From the NCBI GenBank assembly GCA_016212395.1, contig JACRGF010000007.1, positions 1,910 to 65,909 on the forward strand: a stretch of DNA of 64,000 bases, read 5' to 3'. The position numbers and the translations under genes were made by a program. The notes beneath the pieces were generated by a model. The model saw only the letters and a program-made list of their open reading frames with translations, had not been told where the DNA came from and made no database searches. Positions 59,932-64,000 of the stretch are shown here, one piece after another. This DNA is from Candidatus Micrarchaeota archaeon (lineage in GTDB: Archaea; Micrarchaeota; Micrarchaeia; Burarchaeales; JACRGF01). How positions within the stretch are numbered: position 1 is the stretch's first letter; each line of letters begins with the position of its first letter.

Positions 59932-61305
59932 ATGAGTCAAGCACAGCAGTCTTCTGCACCCACTCGTGCTCAAGCGCATTCAGCTCCGCGCCTTCCAATG
60001 CCTTTAAAGCATGAAGGCCTCGCTGGTTTCAGAAGATGGCGTGACTTGTTTTTCATTAACGCTGGATTGTTCAAAATAACTGATAAATGTTTCAAGAGTT
60101 TGCTGCCTGAATTTGCGAGGCAGGCTGCAGTTGCTCCCGGAGAGCTTGCGGAAATGGTTTGCGACAGGAGAAAAGAAGACGTTATAACCCTCACACTTCC
60201 CACAGTAGGCTCTACTGCAAAATCTTTAGTGCACGCAAAAGCTCTGGAGAAAATTTCTGATGGCACAATAGGCGAGTGGTACGATGCAGGCTTTATTCAA
60301 CCTGTTGTAAAATGGAAGCGCGTTGACCGCGGTGCAATAACTCGAAAATTCGTCGAATGCCTTGGAAAGCAAGTTACTGCAGTTTCAAGTGACGATCTTC
60401 GATTGAATGGCTTAGGAACAATGCTGCCTTACTGCCCGCACCCTCTTGGTTTGAAGCACTCTCATTTTTTTGCTTTAGTTGAAGCCGGCTTGGCTCACTC
60501 AATTAAAGCAACGCTTGAGCACGCTTCTTCAGGCGAATTCGACGCGAGCAAGCCTTATTTTTTCCAAATGAACGACGTGCCTAAAATTTACCACGTGAAA
60601 GCATGCAGGGTTGCTGCAGTAAAGTGGCTGTTGAACGAACTGAAGAACTCAACTCCTTCAAAAAATGCTACTGAACTTTCCCAGGACGACTTTCATGAAC
60701 GCGGCTGGGCTGGGTTGGTGAAGCACTATGCCTGCAACTTGTTTGAAGCGCTCGTTGAAGCTCAGCGAGGCTGGCCTTTGGACGAAACGCTCGAGCACTC
60801 TGCTGCAGGAAAATTTTCAGATGAAAAGCTTTACTTTTGGCAGATGAAGCGCTCTTCCCGGCTTTACAGCGAGCAAAAGTACAGGATTGCAGTAACTCGC
60901 TGGGTCGTGTCAAAAACCGGGAAGCTTGAAAACGTGATTGTAGACAGTTTTCAAAATTTGGGTGTAGCAGGACTGCTCGTGCATACTCAACACTCGCTTT
61001 ATCTTGCTTTGGTTGAAGCCGGTTTTGCCCATTCTTTAGAGGAAACTCTCGACCACGCTCGCACTGGAAAATTCGACGGCTCGAAAGTTTACCCTTGGCA
61101 AATGGCGCGCGTTCCAACCTCCTTTGATTACTCCAATGGAGAACACCGCGCTGCTGCTTACACGTGGCTGGCATGGAAGGCAAGCAAACCAGTTGACGCC
61201 ATAACAAAACAAGACTTTTTAGATCATGGTCTAGCTGGCTTATATGCTCACAAGGGCTTTGAAACCACGTGCATCGACGATTTCAGGAGTTTGGCTGCAA
61301 CTTGA
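59932..61305 (+). CDS. Hypothetical protein with three ~100-aa internal repeats
   Basis: The repeats share G(L/V)AGL..H......AL(V)EAG.AHS..(E/A)TL(E/D)HA..G(K/E)FD.SK.Y.(F/W)QM. The start was set at MSQAQQSS. Confidence 0.5.
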   Translation: MSQAQQSSAPTRAQAHSAPRLPMPLKHEGLAGFRRWRDLFFINAGLFKITDKCFKSLLPEFARQAAVAPGELAEMVCDRRKEDVITLTLPTVGSTAKSLVHAKALEKISDGTIGEWYDAGFIQPVVKWKRVDRGAITRKFVECLGKQVTAVSSDDLRLNGLGTMLPYCPHPLGLKHSHFFALVEAGLAHSIKATLEHASSGEFDASKPYFFQMNDVPKIYHVKACRVAAVKWLLNELKNSTPSKNATELSQDDFHERGWAGLVKHYACNLFEALVEAQRGWPLDETLEHSAAGKFSDEKLYFWQMKRSSRLYSEQKYRIAVTRWVVSKTGKLENVIVDSFQNLGVAGLLVHTQHSLYLALVEAGFAHSLEETLDHARTGKFDGSKVYPWQMARVPTSFDYSNGEHRAAAYTWLAWKASKPVDAITKQDFLDHGLAGLYAHKGFETTCIDDFRSLAAT

Positions 61306-61440
61306 CTGCTGAAACTGGAAACACTTTTTTTTGCTGTTCTTGCTTTCAAAAACTTTGCTTTTTTTCGCTGTTCGAAGCTGTTTTATTTTTCGTGCTTTCA
61401 CAAGCTTTTTTCTACCCCCCTGTTTTTTTCTTGTTTTTTT

Positions 61441-62151
61441 TCATGCTTTCAGGAACTTTGCTTTCTCCTTGCTTTTGTTTACTTTCAGCACGCTTCCATT
61501 CTTTACTGCGTGCTCAAACAGCCCGTCGACAACAAGCATCGCGTCTTGTTCGCATTCTATCTCTAGTTCGCTCTCGATTTTTTCATCAACAATTTCATAC
61601 TCGAATGTTCTCCTGTAAGGCGCTATTGCAACTATCTCGTAATTTCCGCTTCCTTCCTTCAATTCTTTCCCGCCTGCAGAGTAAGCGTATGCAGTAGAGC
61701 CTGTTGGAGTGGAGAAAATAATTCCGTCTGCCCGGAATTCAAACTCTTTCCCTCCCACTCTCAATTTAAACCTCAGCAGCCTGTGGCCTGTGCTGCGCAC
61801 GCAGTACTCGTTCAGGCACGGTTCTATTTCACGCTTATTAAGCTGTCCATCAAGCATTCCTTTCTCTTCGATTTTTCCTTTCTCCAGTGCGCTTGTTAGT
61901 TTCTCTCTCCAATTGTCTCCGATTGCTTGGCAGATGAAGCTGCGTTTGCTTCCTATTCCGAAGACAGGCACGCCTAGATTGTTATGTGTCTTGTACAATA
62001 CTGTTCCGTCCCCTCCTATTGCCACTATCAATTCCGCTTCCCTGGACAGTTTCACTCCTCTCTCCAGGAAGAAGTTTTCCACTTGCTTTTCCAGCTCTAG
62101 AGCTCGCGGCTTCTTCGGGTTCGCAGCAACAAGCACGCTTGAAAACTTCAT
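61441..62151 (-). CDS. nadK: NAD kinase
   Basis: Sequence LIVAIGGDGTVLY ... STPTGSTAYAYSAGG. The start was set at MKFSSVLVAAN. Confidence 0.85.
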   Translation of the reverse strand: MKFSSVLVAANPKKPRALELEKQVENFFLERGVKLSREAELIVAIGGDGTVLYKTHNNLGVPVFGIGSKRSFICQAIGDNWREKLTSALEKGKIEEKGMLDGQLNKREIEPCLNEYCVRSTGHRLLRFKLRVGGKEFEFRADGIIFSTPTGSTAYAYSAGGKELKEGSGNYEIVAIAPYRRTFEYEIVDEKIESELEIECEQDAMLVVDGLFEHAVKNGSVLKVNKSKEKAKFLKA

Positions 62152-62365
62152 GACGCGAATAAACTCCACCAATATTTTTAACTGCTTGCGCTCAGCGCGG
62201 AAGACAATCTTTCCTCCAACACGAAACACTCCAGGCTATACTAAATTCAGCAACAAAAACTTGCATGTTTAAATACGCGAACTCGCTTTTCCAGCAATCT
62301 TCTGCACAATATTTTTAAACTCGAATCTGCATATTTTTCTTCAATTTAGCGTTGGGGGGTTTTGA

Positions 62366-62806
62366 ATGGGCAATGGAGTAGTAGCTAACGGCAGTTTACG
62401 CCTTTCTCAGCCTAGAGCAAGCGTTCTTTCTACTCAAGCTGTTTTTTTCCGTTTTCTCAGGGCTAGTGGTTCTGCGAATAGCATTGCGCGCCAGCTTGCA
62501 GAGCATTACGCTTCGCTTGCTGAAGAGCACGGCTTGAAGACGCTTCAAAAAGCAGAGTTTCACGCGAAAAGCGCTGTTCGCTTCAAGCAAATAGGAGAGC
62601 ACGAGCCTGCAGCGCATCATTTTTCAGAAGCTGCTTTCCTCTCTCGCCAATGTTCAATGCCGAAAAGAGCAGCAATGCTTTTCCTGCTTGCTGCAAGCGA
62701 GTACGAGTTCGTCGCGTCTGATCATAAAAAGTCCAAATCTTCTGCCCGGGAGGCGCACCTTAAAGCAGCGCAATGCAATCTTTCTGCCGGGCGATTGAAA
62801 AACTAA
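62366..62806 (+). CDS. Hypothetical helical protein
   Basis: 146-aa ORF with a G-rich Shine-Dalgarno-like element (gggggg) 8 nt upstream. No motif recognised. Confidence 0.35.
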   Translation: MGNGVVANGSLRLSQPRASVLSTQAVFFRFLRASGSANSIARQLAEHYASLAEEHGLKTLQKAEFHAKSAVRFKQIGEHEPAAHHFSEAAFLSRQCSMPKRAAMLFLLAASEYEFVASDHKKSKSSAREAHLKAAQCNLSAGRLKN

Positions 62807-62816
62807 AACAATAATT

Positions 62817-63215
62817 TCATTTTCCTGTTACTTGCACTACTACTTTTCTATTCCTCGGCCCGTCCAGCTCGCACAATAAGATTCTCTGCCAAGTCCCAAG
62901 AACTAATTTTCCTTCAGAAATTGGAATCGTTTTTCCCTGCCCTAAGAACGCGCTCAAGAGGTGTGCTTCAGCATTATCATCAATCGCGTTGTGCTCCCAC
63001 TCTGCATTTTTCGGAGCGATTTTCTCGAAAAACTTTAAGTAATCCCTTGTAATGTTCGGCTCGAACTCGTTCACTATCACTCCAGCAGTCGCGTGAGGAA
63101 CAAACACAAGGCAAACTCCTTCCTTCAGTTTACTCTCGCGCACCAGTTCTTCCACTCGCTCGGTAATATTCAACACTTCCCGTTGCTTGCGCGTTTGCAC
63201 TTCAAAAAAATTCAT
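62817..63215 (-). CDS. YjbQ/UPF0047 family (secondary thiamine-phosphate synthase-like)
   Basis: Sequence MNFFEVQTRKQREVLNITERV...VPHATAGVIVNE...NAEAHLLSAF...GTWQRILLCELDGPR. The start overlaps the PHP gene stop (ATGA). Confidence 0.8.
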   Translation of the reverse strand: MNFFEVQTRKQREVLNITERVEELVRESKLKEGVCLVFVPHATAGVIVNEFEPNITRDYLKFFEKIAPKNAEWEHNAIDDNAEAHLLSAFLGQGKTIPISEGKLVLGTWQRILLCELDGPRNRKVVVQVTGK

Positions 63216-63826
63216 TTCAATACCTTGCGTATGTTGCGCGTTAGAATTCTTGCGTACACGCTTGGCCGCGGCGCCCATTTTGCTTTCATTCTCCCCTTGC
63301 GCACGCACTCTAGCACGCTTTCTTCGTTCAGCTCGCACTCTAATTCAGCAAAGCCAGTTCCCACTTCAAAGGAAGAGTGCGCGTCGCTTCCGCCAGTGCC
63401 TGTTTTCAGCGCGAGAGCTGAAACAATGTTGCTCACAAAATCAGAGCCGTTCACTTTCTCTGCGCTTGTCGGCTTTGCTTTCCAAATATTCTGCCACAGC
63501 GAGCTTTTTCTGACTGCGAACGGGTGAGTTGCTATCGTCACAGCGTTCTCGTCGTTCGCTTTCTCCACTAGTTCCACTGCGTCTATTCCTTTCTCGAAAA
63601 CTTTGTTCGTCCCGAGCACTGCAACATGCCCTTGCTTAGTGCTCGTTTCCTGCCCGTAAATAACCAGAAAGTCTTTGAACCTTTCTTTTTTCTTCGCTAT
63701 CGTGTTGTGGTCGCACACGCACAATCCGTTAAGCCCGCGCTTGCGCGCTGCTTCAACGAGTTTTTCCACGCCTTCAACTCCGTCATAGGAATAATTTGAA
63801 TGCGTGTGAAAATCTATTTTAATCAA
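63212..63826 (-). CDS. PHP-domain metal-dependent phosphoesterase
   Basis: Sequence MIKIDFHTHSNYSYDG ... CDHN ... ATHPF ... GGSDAHS. Confidence 0.8.
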   Translation of the reverse strand: MIKIDFHTHSNYSYDGVEGVEKLVEAARKRGLNGLCVCDHNTIAKKKERFKDFLVIYGQETSTKQGHVAVLGTNKVFEKGIDAVELVEKANDENAVTIATHPFAVRKSSLWQNIWKAKPTSAEKVNGSDFVSNIVSALALKTGTGGSDAHSSFEVGTGFAELECELNEESVLECVRKGRMKAKWAPRPSVYARILTRNIRKVLK

Positions 63827-63839
63827 TTCAACTCCCTTT

Positions 63840-64000
63840 CTATTTTTTCTTTTTCGGCAATTCCCCTATTCTTGAGAACTCATCTTGTTTTTTTTCGCCA
63901 GATTGTTCTCCGGAAATCCATTTTTCTGTTTCTTCAACGTCTGTTTTTCTTTTCGCGTACTTGTCGTAGACAAAGTATGCAATGCCTGCTGCGATTGCCA
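63840..64000 (-). CDS. C-terminal fragment of a membrane protein (5' end outside the window)
   Basis: My minus-strand translation gives ...AIAAGIAYFVYDKYAKRKTDVEETEKWISGEQSGEKKQDEFSRIGELPKKKK*, with the stop at 63840-63842. Confidence 0.35.
   Translation of the reverse strand, partial: AIAAGIAYFVYDKYAKRKTDVEETEKWISGEQSGEKKQDEFSRIGELPKKKK

Overview
Gene-dense segment, roughly 90% coding, that reads as archaeal chromosome, probably from a small-genome, DPANN-like lineage. All calls were made by eye from the sequence and the ORF track; no searches were run. Archaeal hallmarks: a family-B DNA polymerase carrying an intein, HerA and NurA, Pth2, DtdA, class V FBP aldolase/phosphatase, NreA, TTTAAATA-type TATA boxes about 25-30 nt upstream of many start codons (leaderless mRNAs), and two tRNAs interrupted by non-canonical T-arm introns. 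Housekeeping genes: nifS-like (partial), tmk, pyrB, pyrI, fbp, NAD(P)HX dehydratase, trpD, ilvE, galT-like, herA, an ADP-dependent sugar kinase, nurA, pth2, dtdA, map, a methyltransferase, a tandem Lrp, a HAD hydrolase, polB, rtcA, a GlcD/GlcF-type fusion oxidase, nreA, NAD kinase, YjbQ and a PHP esterase. Accessory content of interest: (1) a compact type-IV-secretion / Ced-Ted-like module next to tRNA-Arg, made of a small two-helix pilin-like protein, a PrgI/VirB3-like membrane protein, a VirB4-like ATPase and a 630-aa coiled-coil protein. (2) A 939-aa NlpC/P60 + LysM-like + SLT-like (CwlT-like) hydrolase and an A24 prepilin peptidase beside tRNA-Glu. (3) A DsbA plus Cys-rich surface-protein island. 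(4) Three tandem paralogous coiled-coil genes with basic N-tails and near-identical promoters. (5) A RelE toxin-antitoxin cassette flanked by direct repeats that duplicate the polB C-terminal PIP-box codons, and a tandemly repeated PIP-box tail behind nreA. (6) A dispersed degenerate GTTTTG/CAAAAC intergenic repeat family that also makes up most of the tRNA-Arg intron. (7) A cluster of perfect hairpins in a 360-nt non-coding gap. No rRNA genes or CRISPR arrays were seen.
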